Part shown: in pieces, positions 13,060-26,479 of the stretch
How positions within the stretch are numbered: position 1 is the stretch's first letter
Layout of the letters: each line of letters starts with the position of its first letter
Assembly (NCBI RefSeq): GCF_006345805.1
Contig: NC_043012.1
Coordinates: 46,004,001-46,068,000 of the forward strand
DNA: 64,000 bases
From: Octopus sinensis
Taxonomy: Eukaryota
Direction: 5' to 3'
The notes under the pieces: model-generated
The model's database searches: none
Seen by the model: the letters and a program-made list of their open reading frames with translations, nothing else
Told to the model about the DNA's origin: nothing
Translations under genes and position numbers: made by a program

Positions 13060-14069
13060 TCTTTATAAATATAAAACTGAGAATGTGTGTCTGTTTGTCT
13101 GCCTGTCTGTTTCCCTAAAACTTGAGAACTACACAACCAATTTCATTCAAATTTTACACATGCCTTACTTAGGGTCCATGTAGTTTCATGGGCAAACAAA
13201 ATGTTCAACCTCTTGCCTAGAGCGAGCCCATAGCAATATCATATCTTCTCCACTATTTCAGTATTACGCGTTAAAAGTGAAACAAAAACGTTTCTCTATA
13301 TTATGTCAGATACTTTCACTTTAACGATAAAAATATTAATAACAATTGAATTATATGTAGTAAGTAATAATTAAAATGAAACTAAAGTAACATAACAAAA
13401 GTAAAAATAGCAATTGGTATAAAATTGCATATATGATTTGAACTTGAATAAGTGGTTTCACATGAATGGGAATAAATCAAAAATAAAATTAGCGTGCAGA
13501 AATGGAATAGTCCAGATGGATAATAAAAAATTAAATTAAGAAAAGACTCTTGTCTATAAAGTATACAATGTAGAGAAAAAGAAGATTTGAACACATGGAG
13601 GAAAGTCTTGGTGCGACTATGAAAGGTATCTAATCAGAGGCGGTAAATTCGCCACAATAGAAGCAAGGTTCAAATCAACGGAGCGTGCAAGGGAGTAATC
13701 GACTCGAACCTTGCAAAGTGGAAATATTTTATTCTTACCTTTATATCTGGGACGTAGGACGTCCCGGATAAAAATTTATAATGTCCCCCCAGAAGTAGAG
13801 GTAGGTTGGATTGTAGCCACACTTCTATACAAGAGGGAGGACAAGATGCAATTGATCGAAATTACAAGAGACGGGCTAACAATTCCAGTCTGTTATATAT
13901 TTTGAGTATTGTTACCTCTAGCGATATCAAGATATAACTTTGTATTTTGTATTTTATGTGTAGATGTATATATATATATATAGATGTACATGTAATATGT
14001 ACACATATATAAACACATATATACATGCACTAGCGCTATGACCCGGCAACGCCGGGTCTTTAATGATAG
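13060..14069 (+). mobile_element. Non-autonomous Helitron, copy B (same family, opposite orientation)
   Basis: A|TC at 13059-13061; 3' hairpin GACCCGGC-AAC-GCCGGGTC (14040-14058); terminus ATAG (mutated CTAG) then T. Colinear inverted similarity to copy A. Confidence 0.85.
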
Positions 14070-14394
14070 TATAGAATAAGAACACTGAAATTGAAACGGT
14101 CAAATTTATTATCAATAAAATTAAAAGACATTCCACTCAGATAAAATGTCACCTACAAATGAAAGCATAAAAATGGAATTTATTTTAAAATAAAACGTAG
14201 AAAGACCTACAAAACAACAAAATGCATACAACAATACAAACAATGTGTGACATTTGAAAACAAAGTGTAAACAATACAGAAGGTACCATGGAAGAATCGC
14301 TGAAGTAATAAATAAAATAAGTAACACATAGAAATATATAAGTAAACCAATACCATGTGGTAATGACAATAGAATTCTGTACGTAAATCCCCAC

Positions 14395-14705
14395 TGGCAG
14401 ACCGTCGTTCACGACGACGATAGTTCCAGTTAATCCGATTAACGGTACTACCTGCTCCTGAAATTAACTTGCAAGTGACCGAGCACTCAATAGACACACG
14501 TACCCTTAACGTAGTTATCAGGGAGATGCAGCGTCACACAGGATACGAAACGGTTACCCTTTTGTATTACAGATACAGCTCATCTTTGCAAGCTGGTTGA
14601 ACTGCGGCAACGTGAACTAAAGTATCTTGCTCATGGACACAATGCGTCACTGGGTAACGAACACGTGACCTTACAATTGCATTCCGTATAATCTAACCAA
14701 GCTAC
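14395..14705 (-). mobile_element. tRNA-headed SINE sharing the family-3 centre with a different tail
   Basis: Minus strand: GTAGCTTGG..GTTCGTTACC..TGTGTCCATGAGCAAGATACTTTA.TTCACGTTGC. Confidence 0.65.
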
Positions 14706-15689
14706 ACGTCTTAACCAAATCCCTATTAAATATTTTGACAAAACAATTGTATACACTGAAGCAAATGCCTAACCTGAAACATTGTAAAATGCACAATGTA
14801 ATACAGGCTCTGGCAAAAACATTAACGGGCATTAAAAAATATTGGGGGCGAACACAAAGAAAATAAATTGCAAAAGGAAATCTACGCTAATTCACAAGTG
14901 AAATTGAAGGAAAGGTAATACTACAAGCATGGTTCATCATAACCGTCAAGGAACTAACCAAATATTTAGTATTGCAAGTGATTGGAAATACTTCAGATTG
15001 CCATCTCCAATTTTAGGCTGAAGTACCTAACATTTAGCTATGACTGTATACCAACAGCACTCAATAACACTATAGGTCTCACTTTCATTTCTATCTGTAG
15101 AGAGTATTTCATGCTCAGAATGTTATATTAAGCTGTGCTTCTGTCATTTTTAATAAATAAAAATAAAATAATCGGAAATATATTCTAGTTCCATTGCTCA
15201 GAGATATTCACGAAACCTCACTGAATCAGTTTATATTAGATAGACACAAGGAGCTATACATTATTCTGGATATTGCATGTCTCTATTCCAAAGATACAAG
15301 ATTAGACTTACGCCAACATATTAAGCGCATTACTATTTCGTCTTGTAAACATGTGTTTTGAACAGACTGAAGTCAACTTAGGTTTATTATTGCTGTCCCG
15401 ACCACAGCAGAGTAGCAACATAAACTAATAGTAAACTTAATATCATAATAATAAATAACAATTATCTGAGAAAGTATTCTTACCATTCTGATAAGAAGGC
15501 TGTTCATATATAGATTTACATAATCAAATACTTGTATATCCAATTTTAGTACAGGGTAGAGTTTTTATGTTCGCATTTATAATGTTACATAAAATAACGT
15601 TATTTCTATTCATTTCTTAGAATTTGTACCGTTTTTTGTTCAACATATGTCTATGTATTAGCGAAGTCTCATATAAAATATGAAGTGCT

Positions 15690-16555
15690 GAAGAGAGGAC
15701 CAACAGCATGAAGTGCAAAATAGATAACACTACCGATATTGACAATTGAAGAATATGTGGCGTGAGGAGTGAAACTGTATGGCACATCGTTACCTAATGC
15801 CCAAAATTAGCACAACGCGTTAACAAAAGATGCCATGACAATGCGGCAAGAAATATCCATTGGGAGCTTTGTAGAAATCACAGCCTACAAGTAGCAAAGA
15901 TGTGGTATGAGAAGACTCCAGGAGTCACCGAAAATGAGAACTGCAAAATCCTGTGGGATCCAATGATCCAGTGCGATCACCTGACCGGACATGGAAAATA
16001 TCCATTGGGAGCTTTGTAGAAATCACAGCCTACAAGTAGCAAAGATGTGGTATGAGAAGACTCCAGGAGTCACCGAAAATGAGAACTGCAAAATCCTGTG
16101 GGATCCAATGATCCAGTGCGATCACCTGACCGGACATGGAAAATCGGACATTGCTCTGGTGAAAAAAAAAAAAGAAACAACATGTATGATAATTGACATA
16201 CCATACCCCGGTGGCAACAGGATCAATGATGTAGCCATACCAAATGACATGAATGTTGTGAGTAAAGAGGTTGAAAAATTCACCAAGTACTCTGAATTGA
16301 CAGTGGAAATGGCAAGACTGTTTTGAATGCGAGAGGGTAATGTAAAAGTGATACCGGTGGTGATTGGAGCGTTGGGCTCAATCCCATTGAAACTTCAAGT
16401 TTTCTTACGACAACTGGAAATCTTGATGTTTTGTAAAAAGCAGCCTTATTGGGCAGAGCGCACTTCTTAAGGAAAGTACTATTTGTCTGAGGTTCTTGTG
16501 ACTTGACATATGACTAAAGACTCCGGTATTTTTTTACCTACACTGTGTTACAAGG
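15690..16555 (+). mobile_element. R4/Dong-clade non-LTR retrotransposon 3' fragment (zinc knuckle plus REL endonuclease), decayed
   Basis: RICG..ETVWHIV-CPKLAQR..HDNAARNIHWELC..ILWD..D..IID..EK..KY..VIPVVIGALG; followed by (TAA)n; internal 145-bp duplication. Confidence 0.85.
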
Positions 16556-16607
16556 AATAATAATAATAAAAAAAAAAATTTTTAAAATAATAATAATAAT
16601 AATAATA

Positions 16608-16680
<73 letters not shown>
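16556..16680. repeat. (TAA)n microsatellite
   Basis: Direct reading. Confidence 0.95.
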
Positions 16681-16681
<1 letters not shown>

Positions 16682-17263
16682 CATTTTGTGGATGAATTGC
16701 TTCAAAGGAATAACAATAATTTATGAATTGACAAGACATCACAAATGGCAGAAGAAAATTCAAATGTATAACCAAAATAAGTGCAAGAAGAAACAACTCA
16801 TATATTTGATATCTGATATGTTATGATTCCTTTCATCATTTTATTTGGTGACAGGTTTTACTTCATGCATATTTGTTAAATAGTGAGAATTAACAATTAT
16901 TTCGTTGTAATAAAATAGTGACTCCATCATGAAAAATGAACATGAATTAAGTTACATTCAAACTGAAGACTATTTTGATAATGAGTTGCGTTCAATAAAA
17001 TAATTAAAGTGAAATCGACATTGATTGCAAGGAGATTAATTCAAATTAAAACTGTTTGAATTGATATTATTGAATAGTGAAAAAGAAGGTGCAATCAGTG
17101 GGATACTGTAAAAAATATCTTCCATGATAATTTTCTTGAAAGCTGAATAAATGTAAACAATTGTATAAAGATATGTATACATGGATACATACATACGTAC
17201 AGGCATGCGTGCGTGTAAGTGACTGTGTGTGCTTGTGTTAGTAAGTATATGTATGTATATGTA

Positions 17264-18163
17264 AAAGGTAGTAACAAAAAGTTCCCGGACAAGTTCTGTT
17301 GCACGCCAACAGACGGCAGCACGCAGTTGCATACATAGTGAAAGCTACCAGTGACATTCCTGAGGCAGTGTAACGAGTGACATTGCTGAGTTTACTTCGC
17401 TTGCTGTGAAATTTGTGTTTTAGTGGTCACGTGTATGATGTAGTCTGCGATTTTTATCATGGACAGGAAGTTGGAAGAATTGGCCGACGCGAAATTTTGT
17501 GTTAAACTTGGGAAATCTGCTATAGCGACATTGAGCATGCTTCGGCATGCTTACGATGAAGAAGCAATGGGGCATAGGCAATGTTTCAAGTGGCACGGTC
17601 CTTTCAAAAACAGAAGAACGTCCCTAGAAGACGATGACTGATCAAGAAGACCTGTCGCAAGTATCACTCGTACAAATATGGAGAAATTTCATTAGATGTG
17701 CATAAAAATCGTCGAAGGACAATCAAAGACATTGCAGAGGCTGTTGGTCTGTGGTATGGGTTTGTGCTATTGTAACGTCTGGATTCTTCCCGACAACAAT
17801 GTACCCTGTCATTGAGCTCTCCACACTCGTGTGATCCCCTCCAAAAACAACTTGGTATCATTTCCACCGCTGCCCTATTTGTCAGATTTAGCACATGACG
17901 ATTTCTTTCTCTTCCCTAAAATGAAAATGCGGCTCAAAGGTCACCGTTTAAACACTGTTCCGAAATCAAGAGCAAATAGCAGAAGCTCCTCGACTTGCTT
18001 GCATAAACGACTTCCTGGGCGGATTCCAAAAGTGGCAGGAAGGATAGGACCGGGCTGTTGCTGTGCCAAATGACTATTTCGGAAGAGATCATGTTAAATC
18101 TTAAGTAAATAAGTTATTTATTATTAAGCATAACTAGTCCGGGAACTCTTTGATACCATCTCG
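17264..18163 (+). mobile_element. Mariner transposon, internally deleted and decayed
   Basis: ~28-bp imperfect TIRs (CAAAAAGTTCCCGGAC / GTCCGGGAACTCTTTG), TA on both sides, HTH start KFCVKLGKSA, and PYLSDLAHDDFFLFPKMK (YSPDLAPxD-like). Confidence 0.85.
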
Positions 18164-18877
18164 TATATAAATATGTATGTAGGTATATACATGTATTCGT
18201 GAGTGTGTGTGCGTGCGTGTGTGTGCGCGTTGTGTGTATCTGTGTATGTATACAAATAAATTGTTGTGAAATCCTGACACCCCTGTGGGATAGCAACTGA
18301 ACTGGCCTAAACCTTATAATGGCGCGTGTGTACTGACAGTGAGACGTAAAGTGTGGTGTGTCAGTTGCCTTTGTGAAGGCAGTCGTAAAAGTCGTTGAGA
18401 AGAGATTTATGTTTGTTAGGTACTTGTTAGTGATTTAGTCTTTGTAGTATTATAACACTGTTACAGTGTAGTCTCTATCCAAACAAGAGGATATAATATA
18501 AATACATGCAAAGACACATACAATAATGTATGTATAGATTAGGAGGGTCAAAGAGATGATTCCTTTATATTAAAAGAGATACAGTGGATAATCGACAATA
18601 ACTAGACAATTATTACTTTAAATATTTTGAAGAAGATTGTGTGTTAATCGGACTAGGGTATCACCAGAGACTCAATGGTTCTTATAAGGAGTATAATACC
18701 AATATACCTAATTGACCTGATAGACCAGGGAGCTTTCGTTTGGTAAATCATACACTATACAAATTATATGTAACAGGTTTATGTACATATGGACGAGAAA
18801 TGACCATTCGCTCCTTATATATTATTATTAGTATTAACAATGGCACTCTTCTTTTTTTGCTACTACTGCTGCTGCTG

Positions 18878-18937
<60 letters not shown>

Positions 18938-18954
18938 TTATTATTATTATTATT

Positions 18955-19487
18955 GAGTGAGAGAGCAGTGCATGTCATCAAAGATGACCCTGGGGTGCAA
19001 TTATACGAAGCCCAATATACCCATCATGACTACGCGTCATGATAAGGATAGTTATGATGGGTATACCAAGCACATGCATGGCAACCATATGTGCGCGACA
19101 TGGTGATATCCTATCAAGATACACAGCACATTACTCTGCTGGTGGGGCTCAGTTAGAATTTTCGTTAGGTTAGTAACCCATCTCGCTCAAAATGTCTCTG
19201 AATAAGATTTGTTTAAGGATGATGAACGAAACACCCTTGTTTGAGGATGATGAACGAAACACGCATGTCTAAGGATGATGAACGAACACCCATGTTTCTA
19301 GAGGTGAATAATCCAAACCCCAAAGGATCCCGATCTACACATGGCTATGATGCTCCCTCGCTACCTCTGTGCGTATCAGAGATGCACATATCGTCAGCTA
19401 CCAAAGGTCAAGCTCACCTGGTTGACTTCAACCAATTGACAAGTAAATCGGTTGACTTGTGCAGAATATTTACTGTAGCTCATTTTT
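18955..19487 (-). mobile_element. Non-coding (AAT)n-tailed interspersed repeat (SINE-like) in a trinucleotide tract
   Basis: Reverse-complement match to 42633-42990; (AAT/AGT)n tail at 18860-18954. Confidence 0.7.
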
Positions 19488-19492
19488 TGTTG

Positions 19493-19568
<76 letters not shown>

Positions 19569-19645
19569 TTATAGTAGCAGAATTAAGTGAATGACTACAA
19601 ATGCACAGACACGCACGCACACACACATACATACACACACACACA

Positions 19646-19707
<62 letters not shown>

Positions 19708-20604
19708 TCAGAGAGAGAGAGAGAGCGAGAAAGGGAGAGTTAGAGTGAGAGCGAGTTATATATAATACAAGTGCGAGACAAGAAAGGAAGCGACAATCTG
19801 CAGATAGATATGCATACACACACACACATGCAAGCATATATATATATATAGATAGATATACATATATACAAATGCATATATGGGTACAAGACGTCATCAA
19901 CAGTAAACAACATGAAATACGAAACCAAATAAGTTCAATTCGCGGACAGCGAGAGAAACAAATGGAAAACAGGACAAGTATCATAAAGAACGACCCTTCA
20001 TCAGTTTTCGGCTGTCTCTCTACTCCTCATTTCGAGCTCCCATAAGTACCAAAATAAAATTTGGGATTTGTGGAGGGTCAAAGTTGCAAACAAAAACAGG
20101 ACAGTGGAGGCATACAGGGAAAGCGAACGAAAATAAACATGGAGGGTTATTAGACAAGAATGAGGGTAAAATTGCAAACGCTGGAGAAATATTTTCTTTG
20201 AAAAGAAAAAAAGATATAAGAAAGAGATAAGGATACGTCCAGTCCTTAGGACACTCCTGAAAGAAAAGAAAGATGATAACGTTAGGAAAATAAAGATGGA
20301 CGATGGTCACGTGTCAGCAGTGAGAGAGTGAAAAAGAGAGAGAAAGGGAGAGTGAGTGAAACAGATAGAAAACTGAAAAAAGAGAAAAAGGGAATTAGAG
20401 AAGAGGATGAGAGAGAAATCGATGGGGGAAAACAGTATAGACTAGAGTTGCATCACAAAGATTAAGATTAACTTAATTGATACGTGGCATTCAAATTGAT
20501 ACGTGGCATTCAACCAAATAATAAGTAATATACAAATATATATATATACACTCACAAAAACACACACACATATATACATATACACATATGTATATATATA
20601 TATT

Positions 20605-20647
<43 letters not shown>

Positions 20648-20739
20648 CTGTGTGTGTATATATATATGTATGTATATATATATATATATGCATATACATA
20701 CATACATATATATATATTATATATATATTATATATATAT

Positions 20740-21647
20740 TATATAAAAGGGCTTAGTAAAATAAATTACTTTGCCACATACTGAACGCATTAGAAATAGC
20801 AGCTAAAAACTTTTTTAAAACTATTTCTAATACTTAAAGAAAATCTCTCTCATATAGTGTTTGCTCAAGTCAACTCACGAAGATATGGGGGTAAAAACAT
20901 TAAAAAATAGTTAAAAAATTTTTTTTTAGCTGCTATTTCTAATGAGTTCAGTATGTGGCAAAGTAATTTATTTTACTAAGCCCTTTTATATAATGTAATA
21001 ATTTGAATTCGCCTTAAATGGTCCCTTTACATACTGAATACTTGGTGAAATTGATTAATAATTAATTAATTTTACCCTCAATTGTTGAAATTATAATTCA
21101 TTTCTCTCTATTTAATGCTTCGGTTTTCACCGATAAAACATAGTGTTTACCAATTGTAACCCACGCTGGTGGAAAGGGGAGAGCAGAAATTCTTCGCTTG
21201 CATATTTTGAATTTGATAGCACTGGTAGTTGGAGCAGATCTCCGGAAGTGATAAGAAGCCAAAAGGGTATGCTCCCGCTTTCAGTGTTCCCAAATCCGAA
21301 TCAAGGAGTTCTGAGCTGACGAAAGAAATGTCGATTTGACTAATCTAGAAACGTACGTTCTCAAATAACTTTTGCATTTGTGATTTTTTAATGTTTTTAC
21401 CCCCATATCTTCGTGAGTTGACTTGAGCAAACACTATATGAGAGAGATTTTCTTTAAGTATTAGAAATAGTTTAAACAAATTTGTTTAGCTGCTATTTCT
21501 AATGAGTTCAGTATGTGGCAAAGTAATTTATTTTACTAAGCCCTTTTATATAATGTAATAATTTGAATTCGCCTTAAATGGTCCCTTTACATACTGAATA
21601 CTTGGTGAAATTGATTAATAATTAATTAATTTTACCCTCAATTGTTG

Positions 21648-21650
<3 letters not shown>
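20740..21650 (+). mobile_element. Dispersed 560-bp hammerhead-bearing element related to the 27-30 kb array; about 1.3 tandem units plus an inverted partial copy at the left end
   Basis: Direct repeat ~20926-21090 = ~21486-21650 (period 560). 20740-20908 is the reverse complement of 21383-21552. Patchy similarity to the array unit (TACTTGGTG-AATTGAT, CACGC-GGTGG-AAGGGG, GAAACGTACGT, CTGCTATTTCTAA). (TA)n flanks. Confidence 0.8.
21312..21363 (+). ncRNA. Type-I hammerhead ribozyme with degenerate stem II
   Basis: TGAG/CTCA stem I, CTGACGA 21316-21322, partly paired stem II (AGA/TCT, GTC/GAC), GAAAC-GTAC-GTT. Confidence 0.65.
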
Positions 21651-21702
<52 letters not shown>

Positions 21703-22117
21703 CATACATATATATATGTATATTTATGCGTATACATATACATATATGCATAGGCATATATGGGTATAGGACGTCACTAACAGTAACAACATTATGTATA
21801 TATAATACTTACTAGTTTTTGAAGAACCCTATAACAAATGAAAAGTTTGTTTATTTGTTAAAACCCGTATTTCTATCCAGATCTTGTTATTGACCTAACG
21901 TTATTTCTATAATATTTCTTGAACCATGGTTGCGTTTAACATTAAAACAAGTTTAAACCTATTCACACACAAGTGCGCAGACGCTCAAATGATCAGACAC
22001 ACAGACACACATACGCGCCCATACATACACGCACAGACACTCACGCACAGATAAATATGTATATACTTGTGTGTTTACGCGCGCGTGTGTGTGTGTATGT
22101 TTGTGTGTGTGTGTGTA

Positions 22118-22155
<38 letters not shown>

Positions 22156-23639
22156 TGTGTATGTGTGTGTGTGTGTGGTTGCCCTTATACGTGTGTATAT
22201 ATACAGGTTTGCAGGAATGTTTTTATTGTAGCAAAATTTTTGCCACTTTTAATCACCGTTGACTTCTGATAACATTCGTTGAAATTCATTTTTATGGTTA
22301 GTATTTAGTATAGTGTGTGAGATGAATTTCGAAATTGTGCCTGTATACCAGTCTCATATCGTAGCACATATATTAATTGTATTCAAGTTAAGGAGATTTT
22401 CCATAGAACCCTCTAAATTCCCTTTGCAATTTCATCTCTCTTCTACATTCAAGACATTATTCAATACACACTGAATTATCTCGAAATAAATTACACAATT
22501 TCAGATATTTGAATAAATATCTCTCTATGATATATGCGTATTTCTATGAACGAACGATTTTCAGCGAATGCATACGTGTTAGCCTGTGCGTAAATGTATT
22601 ACATAAAATTACCGATACCATTTATGACCAAGGTGCATTGTTAGCAGTCCCATTTCGGTAACATTTATGCAACTATGATAACATCATATTTTCATATTTA
22701 TATCAAAATTTGCATCGTTAATAAATGTAGAAGACTCACTGAGAATTCTCGTTAGTTTTGTAATGCATTGTCGTATTTTACTCTCTATTATTCACAATTC
22801 TGAATCAGCTCTGTCACATATAAATGCAAGCACATATATTAACACACAGAGAAATCCTGTGGCTGACTCGGTGTTTCCACATATGCAGACACATAGCAAA
22901 ATGCGTGATTTAATATTATACCGTTCTGTTTTTTTTTTTTTTTCCTGTAATATATATTATTTCACAAGCAAAATCCATTCATACCACTAATATAATCACC
23001 TGACTCTTTCGCGAAATAATTCCCATTGGATATCGAGAGGAATAAAAACAATTATACACTTTACGGATGTTGAATGTTGCGCTTTCCTGCATTTTAATCG
23101 TCGCAGTTTAATGTTTTGGCTTTACATCTTTTTATACATCTATAGTTTCTTTCTCTTTTTCAATTTAATACTTTGTTCGTTTTCGATTTTCATTCGTTCC
23201 TTCCTTCTTTTTCAATTCACAACATAATGCGTTGTAGCACACAACATTGATATTAAACAATAGTTTATGGAGATCTTTGGATATTTGACCTCAAACACAT
23301 TTTATCTTTGTAGAATGGCGTGTCATCCTTATATTAGTTCAACATTGCAATATATTTTCCCCGAAGGAAATAAATTTCCCACATAAAAAGCATGTGAAAA
23401 TGAAGATAGTGAAAACCAGAAAAAAGAAATCATGTAATAAAAGTGTATAAATAATTGTTTTCAAATAAAATATAGACAAAAAATAAATGCAATCAAATAC
23501 CCCGTAAATGTGTTCACACTACTTTTCACTTAATTATCTCCCTCAGTTTAACAGTTTTCACACTATTCACAATGAGGTTTGGTGTTATGGCACAACCATA
23601 ATATACGAGCAAATACACACACACAGACACACACAGACA

Positions 23640-23675
<36 letters not shown>

Positions 23676-24914
23676 CAGGTATGCGCGCACACACATGCAC
23701 AGATATTAATAAGAAGACAGTATAAAGGCGTGAACAGTGGCTGCTGTAAACGAGTTATTTGTGTGCTTTTATGAAATCTGTAGAAAATACGCCAAGAGTA
23801 TCATGTTAGGATTAATTCACATTGTCTTTCATTGACTACTCTGAAATAATGAGCAAAAAAGCCTCATTAATTATGAATTAGTTTTCTTATATGAAGCAGA
23901 TAGCAGATATTTCTGCTATAATTATCTACAGGAATCTATTTTTTCTGCTACTCGAATAAAGCATATGCACTATTTTTATCTCTATAGGATAATTGATTAG
24001 TTACGTGGTCAGAACAGGCTAAGCACGTTCCTTCTTTCTTCCCCCTAGTCCTCCTTCTCCCTTTCTTTACACATATACACACACACACACATATATATAT
24101 ATGCGAGTATGCGCACGTGCGCATCCAAAGTTCGAACGTTGTGAGTTGGCTCATCCTTATTTGATGTTTATAATGAGAAATAAGCAAATGAATTAATTTA
24201 TGAAAGATATAACTGCATCTGTGCGCGTAATGTATTATTGAATATTATGAGCGGTAGCAATTTTAGAATTTTTTTTTTAATTTGTAGAATATGCTTCATT
24301 ATCGTGATACTACTGATCCACACAATGCAATTCACAGGACTAATATTTAAGAATATCTTTATTTGTAAAATTAGAATCGTTTCTAATTGAGACAAAAGCT
24401 CGCAATTTGTAGCTGAGAAGAAATGTTTTATTTTTTCGTCTCCGGAGGGAAGAAAACAAATTTAGTCTTGCTGACATTCGAATTCAGAAATTCAATATAC
24501 GGAACGCATTTTCCCCTATTCTCTTAATACTGAACTATTTGATGACAATGTGGCTGTTTTCCTCTATGGCATTTGGGTCCTATGTTTTTATACTCGGGCA
24601 GATTACCCATCTGGAATAGCAAACATAAATACGTATTGGCAGAAATATCAAAAATAAAATAAAATATTTAAACAGTAGTTATAAACATACTTATAAATGT
24701 GGGGAATCACAACATACACGTCAAATGATGTGTCAAATTGAGCAAAGTAATTTTGATTCAGTAATTTATGTTTTAAGAAATGACCCTTGGAGTAAGTAAA
24801 TTCGCTTCTTGTGATGATTGAAAGAAAAGAGAAATATAGGGAATTATGAAAAGATTCTTGTCGTTTGGATTTCATACGATGTATCTACTCCATATATTCA
24901 TACAGGTATGCATG

Positions 24915-25760
24915 CATGCAACACCTATCTGTATTCGGATTGTCCTTGCACAGGGGCCATCCTGATTCCCGTTTTTGCCGTGAACAGGAATCAATGTTCT
25001 CTCTTCGCTCCTTTGCGCCACATGGACTCAACTCTCCTTCCCTCTTCATCTAACCTCCTCCCCTCTCCTCACACCCTGTCACACCTACTTCCTCTCACCC
25101 ACTTCTCCTCTCTTACTCCGACTCATACTTCTCGTCACTCCTATTCTCCTTTCTTGTCTGCACTCCTACTCACCTTCTCCTTTCCCACTTCATCATCCCT
25201 CCTTCCTTCCCTCGTAACCCCACCTCACCCCACACAATTCACACCCACATTCCCCACCTTCAACCTAACCCACACGCCACCCTTGCTTTCCCAACTCTCA
25301 CCGCCCCCACCTCCCAACAGCATCACACTACACCACACACCACTACACCATACACCACCATACCACACAACTTCACATCACATCACACCACCCCGCACAC
25401 ACTAGCACTGACCACTTCCAAGCCTCACATACACACACGCACACGTCAAGGTTACCAGCCTTCTTCTACGTGCACATACAAACTCTCTATACACTCGCAC
25501 GCGCACCTTCGTTTTGAGATCACGACTATTTTATCATCTTCCCTTTTTCCTAGCACTCCTGTGTGAGACCTCTGTCCGGCATTCCCCATGATAGATCGCT
25601 AGCCACTACACATTCTTTATTTTTCTCTCCTTGGTTCTTTCTGTGTTCCTTTCTGTGGAAGAGCGTAGGTTCGGAATGTTAAAGTCATTTTCACTTCCTG
25701 AGCAATAAACTAATACATCTGTTTGGAGTCTAAACCACCTGGCTTCGTCTTTTTTTGTGA
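24915..25760 (+). mobile_element. Penelope-like element 3' fragment (GIY-YIG C-terminus, C-rich UTR, pLTR with hammerhead remnant)
   Basis: QHLSVFGL..SRFCREQESMFSLRSFAPHGLN* resembles the RE..I..L....P.GLN end of PLE endonucleases. Confidence 0.65.
25649..25684 (+). ncRNA. Degenerate minimal Penelope-type hammerhead (probably inactive)
   Basis: CTTT/AAAG stem I, GAGC/GTTC stem II, but the core reads CTGTGGA and GGAAT (three substitutions). Lies at the 3' end of a GIY-YIG remnant. Confidence 0.45.
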
Positions 25761-26180
25761 AAAAATGATAGAGTTAGGTGTTAAATTTAAGCCTAAGGGA
25801 TATTAGATATCCAAAGAACTTACTGGGTATTTATCTATATGAATAATATTGATATGAATTACCGCTTATAACAGATAGGCAAAGGATAAACACTCAGTTT
25901 ATCAAAATATTAATATATATTATAAATCGAAACAAAATAATAAAATTAAAAAATCAAAAAAGCTTAATCATTAAATGATAAGTTCAATTCAATTTTATTA
26001 TATCTATACAAACAAATGACAACTCTAGTTACAGCTGTTTCCCTATCATTAAAGAACAGAGTGGGGGGAGCGACAGCTTCGGCTATTTCCGTACATGTTG
26101 AAAAACATAGATGATTTAACCCAAAAGCAGCTATAATTCTCCTTGATTCGAAAACGAAGCTTAGCCTTCTTTGACATTTG

Positions 26181-26257
<77 letters not shown>

Positions 26258-26277
26258 AATTATATATATATATATAT

Positions 26278-26309
<32 letters not shown>

Positions 26310-26340
26310 ATATACATATATACACATATATATAATATAT

Positions 26341-26392
<52 letters not shown>

Positions 26393-26423
26393 GTATATAT
26401 ATTATATATATATATATATATAT

Positions 26424-26454
<31 letters not shown>

Positions 26455-26477
26455 CCTATATATATATATATATATAT
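26181..26477. repeat. Long imperfect (TA)n/(CA)n microsatellite
   Basis: Direct reading. Confidence 0.95.
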
Positions 26478-26479
26478 TG

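Noticed and set aside
24818-25405. 195-aa P/S/T/H-rich ORF
   Set aside because: Read-through of the C-rich UTR of a Penelope-like remnant.
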